NCBI GenBank assembly: GCA_963812775.1
Contig: CAWEWH010000008.1
Span: 60,468 to 124,467 of the forward strand
Direction of reading: 5' to 3'
Length of the DNA: 64,000 nt
Source: an uncultured Alphaproteobacteria bacterium
GTDB lineage: Bacteria; Pseudomonadota; Alphaproteobacteria; Rhizobiales; Beijerinckiaceae
Below are positions 52,183 through 62,037 of the stretch, in pieces. Within the stretch, counting starts at the first letter, position 1; each line of letters begins with the position of its first letter. The position numbers were made by a program, and so were the translations under genes. The notes under the pieces are model-generated. The model saw nothing but the letters and a program-made list of their open reading frames with translations. It was not told where the DNA came from and did no database searches.

Positions 52183-53535
52183 TCACGCGACGGCCGTGAT
52201 GAGCCGCTTCAGTTTGTCGGCGATCTCGCCCATGTCGCTTTCGCTGACGATCAAGGGCGGCGACAGGGCCAGGGTATCGCCGGCGATGCGCACCATGATG
52301 CCTTCCTCGTGGAAGCCCTTCTCCATGGCCGCGTAGCCGCGTTTGCCCGGCGCATCCTTGATGGGCGCGAGGTCGATGCCGGCCGTCAGCCCGACGGTGC
52401 GCACGTCAAGAACACCCGGCAGGCCGGCGACCCCGTGGATGGCGTCGGCCCACACTTCCTCGAAGGCGCGGGCGCGCGCGAAGAGGTCCTCCTGGCGATA
52501 GAGGTCGAGGGTCGCGAGCCCCGCCGCGCAGGCGAGGGGATGGGCCGAATAGGTGTAGCCGTGGAACAATTCGATGACGTGGTCCGGGCCTTTCATGAAG
52601 GCGTCGTGGATGGACTTGCGCACGATGACGCCGCCCATCGGCACGCTGCCGGAGGTGACGCCCTTGGCGAAGGTGATCATGTCGGGCACCACGCCGTAGC
52701 GCTCCGCCGCGAACGCAAAGCCAAGTCGCCCGAAGCCGGTGATGACCTCGTCGAAGACGAGCAGGATGCCGTGCTTGTCGCAGATGGCGCGCAGGCGCTC
52801 GAGATAGCCCTTGGGCGGCGGCAGCACGCCGGTCGATCCGGCCACCGGCTCGACGATGACGGCCGCGATGGTGGAGGCGTCGTGCAGCGCGACCATGCGC
52901 TCCAGCTCGTCGGCGAGGTGGCCGCCCCATTCCGGCTCGCCGCGGCTGAAGGCCTGTTCGTCGCGATTGTAGGTGGCCGGCAGATGGTCGACGCCGGCCA
53001 GCAGCGAGCCGAAGAATTTGCGGTTGTTGACGATGCCGCCCACCGACGTGCCGCCGAAGCCGACGCCGTGATAGCCGCGCTCGCGGCCAATGAGCCGCGT
53101 CTTCGACCCCTTGCCGGAAATGTTCCAGTAGGCGAGTGCGATCTTCAGCGCCGTGTCGACGGCCTCCGAGCCTGAGTTCGAGAAGAAGACGTGGTCGAGA
53201 TCGCCAGGTGCCAGCGCCGCGACGCGCGCCGCAAGCGCGAAGGCCTTGGGGTGCCCGAACTGGAACACGGGCGCGAAATCGAGTTCGCCGGCCTGCTGCT
53301 GGATGGCGCGCACGATGGGGTCGCGGTTGTGCCCGGCGTTGCAGCACCACAGGCCTGCTGATGCGTCGAGGATCTTGCGGCCGTCCGGCGTGAAGTAGTG
53401 CATGTCCTTGGCGCCGGCGATGAGCCGCGGGTTCTTCTTGAAGGCGCGGTTGGGGGTAAACGGCAGCCAGAAGGCTTCGAGATCGTTGGGAACGGCCGCC
53501 GGAGCCTGGCGGCGTTGATCGTGCGCGAGGGACAT
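52183..53535 (-). CDS. class III aminotransferase (omega-amino acid / beta-alanine--pyruvate transaminase-like)
   Basis: The PLP-lysine motif FAKGVTSG and the region DEVITGFGRLG; 450 aa. Confidence 0.85.
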   Translation of the reverse strand: MSLAHDQRRQAPAAVPNDLEAFWLPFTPNRAFKKNPRLIAGAKDMHYFTPDGRKILDASAGLWCCNAGHNRDPIVRAIQQQAGELDFAPVFQFGHPKAFALAARVAALAPGDLDHVFFSNSGSEAVDTALKIALAYWNISGKGSKTRLIGRERGYHGVGFGGTSVGGIVNNRKFFGSLLAGVDHLPATYNRDEQAFSRGEPEWGGHLADELERMVALHDASTIAAVIVEPVAGSTGVLPPPKGYLERLRAICDKHGILLVFDEVITGFGRLGFAFAAERYGVVPDMITFAKGVTSGSVPMGGVIVRKSIHDAFMKGPDHVIELFHGYTYSAHPLACAAGLATLDLYRQEDLFARARAFEEVWADAIHGVAGLPGVLDVRTVGLTAGIDLAPIKDAPGKRGYAAMEKGFHEEGIMVRIAGDTLALSPPLIVSESDMGEIADKLKRLITAVA

Positions 53536-53598
53536 GTCTCAAACCTTCCGCAATGCCTGAAGCGACCATCATCTAGCACGGACCCCGGCCGCAGTGAC

Positions 53599-55326
53599 AT
53601 GCGGCAGGATCGGACCTGCAACAGAATCGATACGGGACATCTGTGGGCGCGATGCCGGGGCGGCAATGGCGTCCAGGCCGGTTTGGCGTCAGAATCGGAG
53701 CCTGAATTCGCGGCGACGCGAAGGCGGAGGCGAGGGACGGCATTGGCGCACATTTCGGGTGACCGGCGGGCGGGGCGGGGCAGGCGCCGCACGATCCTCG
53801 CTATCCTGGCCGGCATCCTCGCATGCGCGAGCGCGACCGTCCTGGTCGGGGCCTGGCAAGCGGCCTGGGGCGCGGCCGCCGCCCTCGGGCTTGCGCTTCT
53901 GGCCGCCTTGGCGGCCGGCGCCGCCATCCCCAGGGCGCGGCCGGCCGCGCCCGCGCCGCGCAACACCCGCGCCGAGGACGACGCCATGCTGGCGGCCCTC
54001 GACGAGGTGCTGCAGCGGCTCGGCACCGTGGAAGCCCGCATTGCCGCGGTGGAGCGCCACGGCACCGCCAGCACGCGCAACAATCTGAGCGAGCTGACGG
54101 CCGAGATCGGGCTCCTCGGGGGCCTGATGAAGGATATTGCCGAGACGGTTGCCGCCCACGACGAGCATCTCGGCGGCAAGCCCGCCGCCGGCGACAAGCC
54201 CGGGCCCGCCGAGGCGCCAGCCGAGACGCGCGAGCCGGTTCGACACTTGGCCGAAAGTCCGGAGGCTGCCGCCCCCGCGCTCGTCAAGGCTGAGGAGGCG
54301 GCGCCACCACCCTTCAAGGCCGAGCCTGTGCCGGCCGTCGCGGCGGCGGTGACGACCGCCGAGGCCGACGGCGCCGAGCAGGGGCTGTTCGAGCAGCCTC
54401 ATGAGGCGGGCCCGGCGCGAGAGCCGCAGCCGCAAGTGGCGGCGCACGACAGTGCCCGGGAAAATGCGGTCCTCGCCGCCATCAGTGCCGATCGGATCGA
54501 AATTCACCTGCAGCCCGTGGTCACCCTGCCGCAGCGCAAGGTGAGGCTCTACGAGGCGCTGGGCCGCGTGCGTCTCGACGCCTTCGAGCTTCTGGCGCCG
54601 GCCGAGTTTCTCGGGCTCGCCGAGCGGCGCGGCATGTCGGCGTCCCTCGACGAGCGCATCGTCACCCGCACGCTGAAAATCGCCAGGTACCTCTCGCGCG
54701 GCGGCGCCGCCTCCGTCGCCTGCAATATCTCGCCCGTCGCTGTGGCGCAACCGGGCTTCCTGCGCGTGCTGCTGCGGCTCGCCGAGAGCGACGCCGAGAC
54801 CATCGCGCGGCTGATCTTCGAGTTGCCGCAGCGCGCCTTCCGCACCCTGGATGCCGAACGCTCCGGCGCCCTTGCGTCCCTGGTCGACAAGGGCGTGCGC
54901 CTCTCCATGGACCGCGTCCAGGACTTGCGCCTCGACCCGGTGCTGCTCGCCGACAAGGGCGTGCGCTTCGTGAAAATCCCAGCCGCCATGCTGCTCGGCG
55001 ACGGCGCCGGCGTGGCGGCCGAAATTCATCCCGCCGACATCCCGGCCATGCTCAAGCGCGCCGACATCGCGCTCATTGCCGAGAAAGTGGAGAGCGAGGC
55101 GACGGTGGCCGAGCTCCTCGATCTCGACGTGCCGCTGGCGCAGGGTTTTCTGTTCGGCGCGCCGCGTCCGGTGAGGGCCGAGGTCTATGCGCCGGGCGCC
55201 GCCGCGGGCACCAGGGCGGCCGGCGCCGCAAGGCCCGCCGCCGAGGCGCCGTCCGAGCCCGCGTCTGCGCCGGCACCTTCCGACCGGCGGCCCTTCCGCG
55301 CCTTCCTGCGCCGCGCCGGCGCTTGA
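53599..55326 (+). CDS. membrane-anchored EAL-domain protein with a degenerate active site
   Basis: TM helix ILAILAGILACASATVLVGAW, an Ala/Pro/Glu-rich linker, and a C-terminal EAL domain (YEALGRV ... ACNISP ... FELPQ ... KIP ... GFLFGAP). The DDFGTG motif is replaced by SMDRVQD. The start codon is uncertain. Confidence 0.65.
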   Translation: MRQDRTCNRIDTGHLWARCRGGNGVQAGLASESEPEFAATRRRRRGTALAHISGDRRAGRGRRRTILAILAGILACASATVLVGAWQAAWGAAAALGLALLAALAAGAAIPRARPAAPAPRNTRAEDDAMLAALDEVLQRLGTVEARIAAVERHGTASTRNNLSELTAEIGLLGGLMKDIAETVAAHDEHLGGKPAAGDKPGPAEAPAETREPVRHLAESPEAAAPALVKAEEAAPPPFKAEPVPAVAAAVTTAEADGAEQGLFEQPHEAGPAREPQPQVAAHDSARENAVLAAISADRIEIHLQPVVTLPQRKVRLYEALGRVRLDAFELLAPAEFLGLAERRGMSASLDERIVTRTLKIARYLSRGGAASVACNISPVAVAQPGFLRVLLRLAESDAETIARLIFELPQRAFRTLDAERSGALASLVDKGVRLSMDRVQDLRLDPVLLADKGVRFVKIPAAMLLGDGAGVAAEIHPADIPAMLKRADIALIAEKVESEATVAELLDLDVPLAQGFLFGAPRPVRAEVYAPGAAAGTRAAGAARPAAEAPSEPASAPAPSDRRPFRAFLRRAGA

Positions 55327-55359
55327 CATCGCGGCTGCGATCGGCGACGGCGCCTCGCC

Positions 55360-56241
55360 ATGCCTGAGCCATCATCGACAAGCGTGCCGGCGCTCGCCGG
55401 CCTCGCGGCCGTCGCCGACCAGTTCGATCTCATCATCTGCGATGTGTGGGGCGTCGTGCACAACGGCCGGCGCGCCTATCCGGCCGCCTGCGCGGCGCTC
55501 GAGCGTTTTCGGCAGAAGGGCGGCACCGTCATCATGGTGTCCAACGCGCCGCGTCCCGCCGACCGCGTCGCCGCCATGATCGAACGGCTGGGCGGCGACC
55601 CTGCCGCCTACGACGACATCGTCTCGTCGGGCGATCTCACCCGCATGGAGGTGACGGCGCGGCCCGGCCAAGCTGTCTTTCATATCGGGCCGGAGCGCGA
55701 CCAGCCCATCTATGCCGGCCTCGATGTCCGCTTCGTCGGGCCGGCCGACGCCGCCTACATCGTGTGCACGGGCTTCGATGACGACGAGACGCAGACGCCG
55801 GAGGACTACCGCGGCGCGTTGGAGATCGCCGCGGCACGCGGCCTCACGATGATCTGCGCCAATCCCGACCTCGTGGTCGAGCGCGGCGAGAAGCTCATTC
55901 CCTGCGCCGGCGCCATCGCCGCCTTCTACGAGACGCTCGGCGGCGCCGTCATCTATGCCGGCAAGCCGCACGCGCCGGTCTACGAGGAGACGCTGCGGCG
56001 CGCCGCCAAGCTGCGCGGCGCCGCCGTTGCGCACAATCGGGTGCTGGCCATCGGCGACGCCTTGCGCACGGACGTGGCTGGCGCCGCCGCTATGGGCTTT
56101 CCGTGCCTGTTCGTGGCGCGCGGCATCCACGCCCACGAGCTCGGCCTCGCCGACGGTCCCCTCGATGCGGCGCGCATCGCGACCTGGGCCGGGAGGCAGC
56201 AGCCGCGCCCCTGGGCGGTGATCGAGACGCTGGTGTGGTGA
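55360..56241 (+). CDS. HAD-superfamily hydrolase, subfamily IIA
   Basis: DxD-type motif FDLIICDVWGVVHNG and a C-terminal GDALRTDV. Confidence 0.75.
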   Translation: MPEPSSTSVPALAGLAAVADQFDLIICDVWGVVHNGRRAYPAACAALERFRQKGGTVIMVSNAPRPADRVAAMIERLGGDPAAYDDIVSSGDLTRMEVTARPGQAVFHIGPERDQPIYAGLDVRFVGPADAAYIVCTGFDDDETQTPEDYRGALEIAAARGLTMICANPDLVVERGEKLIPCAGAIAAFYETLGGAVIYAGKPHAPVYEETLRRAAKLRGAAVAHNRVLAIGDALRTDVAGAAAMGFPCLFVARGIHAHELGLADGPLDAARIATWAGRQQPRPWAVIETLVW

Positions 56242-56251
56242 TCTGGGTCCG

Positions 56252-56965
56252 ATGACCTTCGCGGCCCGCGCCCTCGACTTCTACCGCCGTCTGAAGCTCA
56301 CCGCCCGCCTGCCGGCCGGCATCGCGCTGCTCAACCCCTACGCCGAGCCCGCCACCATGGCGCTGGTCGAGAAATTCCTGTTCGCCTTCTTCAGCGACGA
56401 GCGGCCGCGCACGCTCGTGCTCGGCATCAATCCAGGACGCTTCGGCGGCGGCACCACCGGCATCGCCTTCACCGATCCGGTGGCGCTCGAGGCGTCCTGC
56501 GGCATCGACAACGATCTTCTGAAGCGGCGCGAGCTGTCGTCGGAATTCGTCTACCGCGTCGTCGCCGCTTGCGGTGGGCCCCAGCAATTCTTCGGCGGCG
56601 TCTATCTCTCGGCGCTCTGCCCCTTTGGCTTCACGCGGGCCGGCAACAATTTCAACTTCTATGACGACCCCGCTTTGCTGAAGGCGGTGCGTCCGTTCAT
56701 CGTCGAGACGCTTCAGGCGCAGATCGCCTTCGGGGCGCGGCGCGACGTGGCCATCATCCTCGGCACCGGCAAGAACAAGCGCGTCATCGACGAGCTCAAC
56801 ACCGAGCACGGCTTCTTCGCGCGCATCGAGGCGCTGGAGCATCCCCGCTTCATCATGCAGTATCGGCGCCGGCAGCTCGACGCCTATGTGGCGCGCTATC
56901 GAGAGGCATTTTCAGCGGCGCTCGCGGTCGAACACGGATCGCAGGACGGTCGGACGCGATCCTGA
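56252..56965 (+). CDS. uracil-DNA glycosylase superfamily protein (DUF4918/SMUG2-like)
   Basis: LVLGINPGRFGGGTTGIAFTDP resembles the UDG family-4/-5 G(I/E)NPG motif. Confidence 0.5.
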   Translation: MTFAARALDFYRRLKLTARLPAGIALLNPYAEPATMALVEKFLFAFFSDERPRTLVLGINPGRFGGGTTGIAFTDPVALEASCGIDNDLLKRRELSSEFVYRVVAACGGPQQFFGGVYLSALCPFGFTRAGNNFNFYDDPALLKAVRPFIVETLQAQIAFGARRDVAIILGTGKNKRVIDELNTEHGFFARIEALEHPRFIMQYRRRQLDAYVARYREAFSAALAVEHGSQDGRTRS

Positions 56966-57283
56966 GGCGGCTCGCGATCGAATGCGTCGACACAGTTCGT
57001 GAACCTGGCCTTGCGCCAAACAAGTCGGTCACGGAACCGTCGCAGGATTGGGCCGTTGCAATAGCATGATGCGGCGTGTCCTAAGGGACAAAGGGGTCGC
57101 CCAGGGTCACGATCCGGGTGGCCCTTTGCTTTTTCGGCTTGTCGATAGGCTCGCGCTTGCCCGGATCCTGCGGCTTGCGGCGCTATGCGCGCGAAGCACC
57201 GACCCAGGCGGCCTGGAACACGGCCGTGACGTTCCTATATTCACCTGTATCTCGGCTTTATCCAGGCGCCCTGTCTCGCGGTC

Positions 57284-57634
57284 GTGGGTGCTCCGCATGA
57301 GCTTCGAGCACGCATAAATCGACCTTACGCCAGCTTGAAGACGCACTACCTTTTCCTTCGCATCTTCGCGGTTGTCGGCCAGGCCCGGCGGCCAATCAGC
57401 GTGGAGCAGATTGCCGGAAAGCTGAACGTCGCGCCCGACGTGGTGGCGCACTGCATCGGCTTGCACCTCTACCTGGACAGGACGCATCAGGAGCGCCTGA
57501 CACTGCCCGTTGCCGCGGATTATTGGGTGCCGGGGCCGAGCCAGCCGATCAGCCGCGAGCTGCTCGACCCGAAAAGCGCTGGCGCCATGGCCATCGTCGA
57601 CGCGGTGCTGAAGCGAGCCGCTCAGCAGAGCTGA
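57284..57634 (+). CDS. small predicted HTH protein, paralog of the gene at 62038
   Basis: HYLFLRIFAVVGQARRPISVEQIAGKLNVAPDVVAHCIGLHLYLDRT...ADYWVP parallels YHLFLDIVAAVARSPDGLTVREIGRVLDLQPELVAHCIAVHFYLETR...ADYRVP. It starts on GTG; the N-terminus may be truncated. Confidence 0.45.
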   Translation: MGAPHELRARINRPYASLKTHYLFLRIFAVVGQARRPISVEQIAGKLNVAPDVVAHCIGLHLYLDRTHQERLTLPVAADYWVPGPSQPISRELLDPKSAGAMAIVDAVLKRAAQQS

Positions 57635-57774
57635 GTGTCCGAACCTCGATCCGAGAGATGCGGTTGCCTTCAGGCAATTTGTGTTATGACAGGGCACTGC
57701 CTCAAAAAAGTGTTGTCGAACAAGAAATCACGCCGTGATGAGGGTTTCGACCAAGACAAACGTTGGACGTTCAA

Positions 57775-58080
57775 TTGCAGGTTCTCGTCCGTGACAACAA
57801 TATCGACCAAGCTATGCGGGTGCTGAAGAAGAAGATGCAACGGGAGGGCATCTTCAGGGAGTTGAAGCGCCGCAAGGCCTACGAGAAACCATCCGAGCGA
57901 AAGGCGCGGGAAAAAGGCGAGGCGATCCGTCGCGCCCGCAAGCTCGCCCGCAAGAAGGCCCAGCGCGAGGGATTGTTGCCGGCGCCCAAGCGACCGGAAC
58001 GCACCCGTCCTGGCGCAGGTCCGGCAAGGCCGGGCGCCTTCCGCGGGCCGCCGCGCGAAGGCGGCAGCAGCTTCGGCTGA
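57775..58080 (+). CDS. rpsU: 30S ribosomal protein S21 (alphaproteobacterial long form)
   Basis: (M)[65 protein letters not shown]. It probably starts on TTG at 57775 (alternative TTG at 57763). Confidence 0.8.
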   Translation: MQVLVRDNNIDQAMRVLKKKMQREGIFRELKRRKAYEKPSERKAREKGEAIRRARKLARKKAQREGLLPAPKRPERTRPGAGPARPGAFRGPPREGGSSFG

Positions 58081-58580
58081 GCGCATCGCGCTGCGCCGCG
58101 TCCTGCGGCGATCTCGTCCTTGGCAATCTCGCCGACGATTTCCTAGGGGTTGCAATCCTTCAATTGGCGCATGGCGGTTTGTGCGTCGTCTTTCGTTCGA
58201 TGCACGGTGCCGTTGCCGACAACGATCAACGGCGCCCCCCTCGGTCCCGCCGGGTCGATGCCAGCAGCGCCCCTCAAAAGTGAGCAATAGTGCTCAGAGG
58301 GAGCAGCCTCGCTTGTGCTATGATGAAGCATCACCGGCAACGAACCGAGGCGCCGGTGGCTGAGAGACGCTTCTGCGCTCCCGCCTGCGGAGAGCGCATG
58401 CGCACCCAATCACCTTGTCCTGTTTTGTCTTGAAGCGCCCCTTTGTCCCTCTGCGAGGACCTGGGCGCTTGGCTTGCACGGGCAGCCGGTGCATTGGACG
58501 CGACATGTCGGCCGTTCACTGGGTGCCGGACCGGCGGCGCGCATAAGCCTTAGTCCGAACAACCAGCAAGGGAGGATGAC

Positions 58581-58934
58581 ATGAAATTTCCTGCAGAGTT
58601 CAAACCCGCCGTGTGGGGCGCCATAGGCGGCGCGGCGCTGACGATGATCGTCGGATTCGGCTTCGGCGGCTGGACCACCGCCAGCTCGGCGGATCGGGAG
58701 GCTGGCCAACGCGTCCAGGCGGCCGTCGTGAGCGCGCTCGCGCCGATCTGCGCCGACCGCTTCCTGCAACAAGTCAACGTTGCGGCAAGCCTCGCCGAGC
58801 TCAACAAGGCGAATTCGTGGGACCGCGACACCGTCGTCACGAAGAGCGGCTTCGCCACGATGCCGGGAAGCAAGGACGCGACCTTTGGCGTGGCGCGTGC
58901 TTGTGCCGAGATCCTAGCAAAGTCGAAGATTTAG
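58581..58934 (+). CDS. hypothetical protein with a single N-terminal TM/signal anchor
   Basis: AGGGAGGATGAC-ATG Shine-Dalgarno; MKFPAEFKPAVWGAIGGAALTMIVGFGFGGW... Confidence 0.5.
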   Translation: MKFPAEFKPAVWGAIGGAALTMIVGFGFGGWTTASSADREAGQRVQAAVVSALAPICADRFLQQVNVAASLAELNKANSWDRDTVVTKSGFATMPGSKDATFGVARACAEILAKSKI

Positions 58935-59078
58935 CCGAAGTCCAGCGGGTATGCGCGGCGGCCAGCGCGGCTGCATCGAGCGCCCTTGTCTCCCGGCGCA
59001 CCATCATCGCGCTGGTGGCTATGTCGCGAACCCTATGATACCAGTGGCCGCTCAGGCTCTTGAGGTTGGCTCGCCATT

Positions 59079-59342
59079 GTGACGCTGAGTTTTCCCAATC
59101 ACAGCCGCGCCTATGACGCGACGCGTCGTGCCGTCCAATTCTGGGGGCACGATACCTCCATGGAACGATCGTTCTTTGTGACGGCTGATGCCCTGATGAA
59201 AGTCGACCCTCACGCCTCCGCGGACGAGGCAGGGCTGCTGCACGCCTTCGACGTTAACCGTGATCGGATTTGCGCGGCCGCCGCCAGGGTCTATGCGCGT
59301 GGGCCGCGCGGTTCCTATGAAGTGGCACTACCGGATTTCTGA
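59079..59342 (+). CDS. DUF1488 domain-containing protein
   Basis: (GTG)TLSFPNHSRAYDATRRAVQFWGHDTSMERSFFVTADALMKV matches the DUF1488 family pattern. Confidence 0.6.
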   Translation: MTLSFPNHSRAYDATRRAVQFWGHDTSMERSFFVTADALMKVDPHASADEAGLLHAFDVNRDRICAAAARVYARGPRGSYEVALPDF

Positions 59343-59365
59343 GACTCTCGAACGCTGGCGGGAGG

Positions 59366-59611
59366 GTGGCCTTATGCTATTCCTGTCTTGTCATCACCGC
59401 GGACCCTCCATCCACCGCTCAACCTGAGACCGATTTCGTGAAAGAGACCAAACAGCGCTTCGCGCGCAAGCCTTCGAAAAAGTCAGCACCCGTCAAGCGC
59501 GTCTCGCTGTCGACCGAGGAACAGCAGGCCTACGAGACCTTGGCGCAGGAACGCGGCAAACGAGAGAGCGACTACAGCCGCCACCTGCCGCGCGACGCCA
59601 AGACCAGATAG
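59366..59611 (+). CDS. small hypothetical protein, possibly ribbon-helix-helix/MobC-like
   Basis: KPSKKSAPVKRVSLSTEEQQAYETLAQERGKRESDYSRHL has an RHH-like beta-strand (KRVSLS) and a MobC-like S-x-S-x-Y-x-R tail. The call is weak. Confidence 0.3.
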   Translation: MALCYSCLVITADPPSTAQPETDFVKETKQRFARKPSKKSAPVKRVSLSTEEQQAYETLAQERGKRESDYSRHLPRDAKTR

Positions 59612-59654
59612 GTCGGTGCGCTTGGCTATAGGCGCCATGCCCAAGGGGCGCACG

Positions 59655-59975
59655 ATGACCGACAAGACGATCGATCTCGACAGTCACCGCGGCATGGTCG
59701 CCCAGAAGGCGACTGACCTTCGGCGCCTGCTCGCCGACGTGGCTGCCGATCGCGAAGCGCTGCGCACGCGCCAAGACGAACTCGAGACGCAGCTGATTGC
59801 CTCGCCAGCCGAAAACTGGCACGACGCCGCCGCGAAGGCGCGCTACCTGCTGAACCTTTTCGCCGCCTCGCTGGCGGCCGAGGATCCGCGCAGGCAGAAG
59901 CTGATCGCCGCGGTTATCGCGGACTTCGAGCGGCTCTCGCACGAGAGCGATGACGGCGGCCAGCCGCACGCGTGA
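59655..59975 (+). CDS. hypothetical protein
   Basis: ORF starting MTDKTIDLDSHRGMVAQKATDLRRLLADVAADREALRTRQDELETQL..., predicted coiled-coil. Confidence 0.4.
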   Translation: MTDKTIDLDSHRGMVAQKATDLRRLLADVAADREALRTRQDELETQLIASPAENWHDAAAKARYLLNLFAASLAAEDPRRQKLIAAVIADFERLSHESDDGGQPHA

Positions 59976-60170
59976 CGTGGCCTGCGCCGTTACTTTTGTT
60001 GACGCGGATCGGTCAAAGGCGTACGAGAGCGCGTTCAAGTTTTTCGGCCTGCCTTGCCGCTCGGTCCCTTGGGATCGCCTTCCAAGACACCCAAAAACTC
60101 GGATCGTCGGCCTGACGCGCTTTGTGGCGCGGCAGAACGCGCCTTCGTGCGCACAACCAAGGAGGCCAGC

Positions 60171-60374
60171 ATGGCTCAAGGTACGGTTAAGTTCTTCAAT
60201 ATGCAGAAGGGGTTCGGTTTCATCCAGCCGAACGACGGCTCCAAGGACGTATTCGTGCATATCAGCGCGCTCGAGCGCGCCGGCATTCCGATGCTGAGCG
60301 AGGGCCAGAAGGTGCAGTTCCAAGTGGTCAGCGAGCGCGGCAAGCAGGCCGCGAGCGACATCGAGCTGATCTGA
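60171..60374 (+). CDS. cspA: cold-shock protein CspA-family (intact)
   Basis: MAQGTVKFFNMQKGFGFIQPNDGSKDVFVHISALERAGIPMLSEGQKVQFQVVSERGKQAASDIELI, preceded by an AAGGAGG Shine-Dalgarno. Confidence 0.9.
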   Translation: MAQGTVKFFNMQKGFGFIQPNDGSKDVFVHISALERAGIPMLSEGQKVQFQVVSERGKQAASDIELI

Positions 60375-60442
60375 CCGGCGCCTCTGAAATGCCCGGCATG
60401 TCCCGGCCGCCGGGACATGCCGGTCGCTTGCTGGAGGACACG

Positions 60443-60634
60443 ATGACCCACAAGTTCAACGTCGGGCAGTCGGTGGTGTTTGCCGGCATGCCGTCGCAGT
60501 TGCGGCCGAACGGTCAGTTCCAGATCATCCGGCAATTGCCTCCCGACATGCGCGGCGAGCCGCTCTACCGCATCAAGACGGCGGGCGAGAGCTATGAGCG
60601 CATGGTGCGCGAAAGCCAGATCAAGCGCAGCTAG
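60443..60634 (+). CDS. small conserved hypothetical protein (63 aa)
   Basis: GGAGGA Shine-Dalgarno; MTHKFNVGQSVVFAGMPSQLRPNGQFQIIRQLPPDMRGEPLYRIKTAGESYERMVRESQIKRS. Confidence 0.5.
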   Translation: MTHKFNVGQSVVFAGMPSQLRPNGQFQIIRQLPPDMRGEPLYRIKTAGESYERMVRESQIKRS

Positions 60635-60833
60635 AGCACGTCCGGCTTATCGTCGCGGGAGAGCCGCCCAGGGGGCGTTCCGCATTGGCCAGATCGTGTC
60701 TCCCGCAGGCTTCATCGCCGCCATCCCGCCGCTCTCGTTGTTCTTCCTCATGCAGCAGCATTTCATCGCCGGCCTGACGCTGGGCGGTGGAGGAGTGGCA
60801 GCGGGGCAATCGCGGCGAGGCGCGCCAGCGCTA

Positions 60834-61556
60834 CTAGCAATGCAGATAAGTCGGGTCGAACTCGGCGCGCCGTTGCAGGCCGCCCCAGTCGACAATGGTG
60901 ACGAGCCCATCGCGGATGCGGATCAGCCCCTCGCGCTTCAGTTTCTGAATGCTGCGGTTCACCTGCACGAGCGACAGGCCGAGGGCGTCGCCGAGCTCCT
61001 GCTGGGTCAACGACAGCTGGAAGCTGTTGGAGGTGGTCAGGCCGGCTGTGCGGAAGCGATGGAACAGCTCGCACAGGAGATGTGCCGTGCGCCCCGCCGC
61101 CGGGCGGCCGCCGACCACGACGATCCATTCGCGGAACACCGCCGCGTCGACCAAAGTGTCACGCCAGAACGTCTGGCCGATGCGCGGGAAGCGGGCGATC
61201 AACTCGCGCACGCGCTCGTGGCGGATCAGCGCCACCTTGCTCGGCAGCAGCGTCGCCAGACCATGATCCATGATCTTCAGGTGCAGGCTCTGCAGATCGG
61301 GGATATCGCCCGGCAGGTGAAACGACAGGATCTGTCGCCGGCCGCTCGCCAGCATCTTGTAGCGGCAGGCAAAGCCGTCGAGCAGGATGGCGCACTCGGT
61401 CGGGATGTCGCCCTCGCGCACCACGTCCTCGTCGGCATCGAAGTCCTTCAGCGTCACCGGCAGCGCCGTGATGGCGGCCCGCTCCTCGCGGGCGAGCGGT
61501 CCCACCTGGCTGAGCTTGCGGGCGAGAACGTCGATCTCGGCCAGTCGTGCATGCAT
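60834..61556 (-). CDS. Crp/Fnr family transcriptional regulator
   Basis: A cNMP-binding-like beta-barrel plus a C-terminal HTH LSLTQQELGDALGLSLVQVNRSIQKLKREGLI; 240 aa from MHARLAE. Confidence 0.75.
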   Translation of the reverse strand: MHARLAEIDVLARKLSQVGPLAREERAAITALPVTLKDFDADEDVVREGDIPTECAILLDGFACRYKMLASGRRQILSFHLPGDIPDLQSLHLKIMDHGLATLLPSKVALIRHERVRELIARFPRIGQTFWRDTLVDAAVFREWIVVVGGRPAAGRTAHLLCELFHRFRTAGLTTSNSFQLSLTQQELGDALGLSLVQVNRSIQKLKREGLIRIRDGLVTIVDWGGLQRRAEFDPTYLHC

Positions 61557-61727
61557 GGTGCCAATACCTTCAACGCCCGAGCTCGAGGCCCGGCTTCCGA
61601 TGGATGAGCCGGAACGGTACGCAATTGTTCCAGGAATTGTTCCGAAGGCGCGGTCACCGACCCGCGGCGTCTCTGGAACCACGGCAGTTTCGCGTCGTTC
61701 CCTCACCGGGGAGGCCCGAGGAGCGAC

Positions 61728-61978
61728 AAATGCCCCGGTATTTCTTCCATCTCCGGGAAGCCGACGCGACCAGCAAGGACGAGGAAGGGCGGGAGCTTCC
61801 CGACGAGGCCACCGCTCGCCGGCAGGCCGCCGAAGCCGCCCGGGAGCTCGCCGCCCAGGCGGTGCTCGAAGGCGAGGTCATCAATCGCCAATGCGTCGAG
61901 GTCATCGACGGCTCCGGCAAGCACGTGACCACCGCCATGCTGCGGGATGCGGTGCGGCTCGCGCCGCAGCAACGATAG
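61728..61978 (+). CDS. DUF6894-like small protein (MPRYFFH family)
   Basis: MPRYFFHLREADATSKDEEGRELPDEATARRQAAEAARELAAQAV... Confidence 0.55.
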
Positions 61979-62037
61979 CCATAGCCACGTCAACCATCGT
62001 GCTCATGCCGGCGTATGTCTTTTGACATACGCAATCG

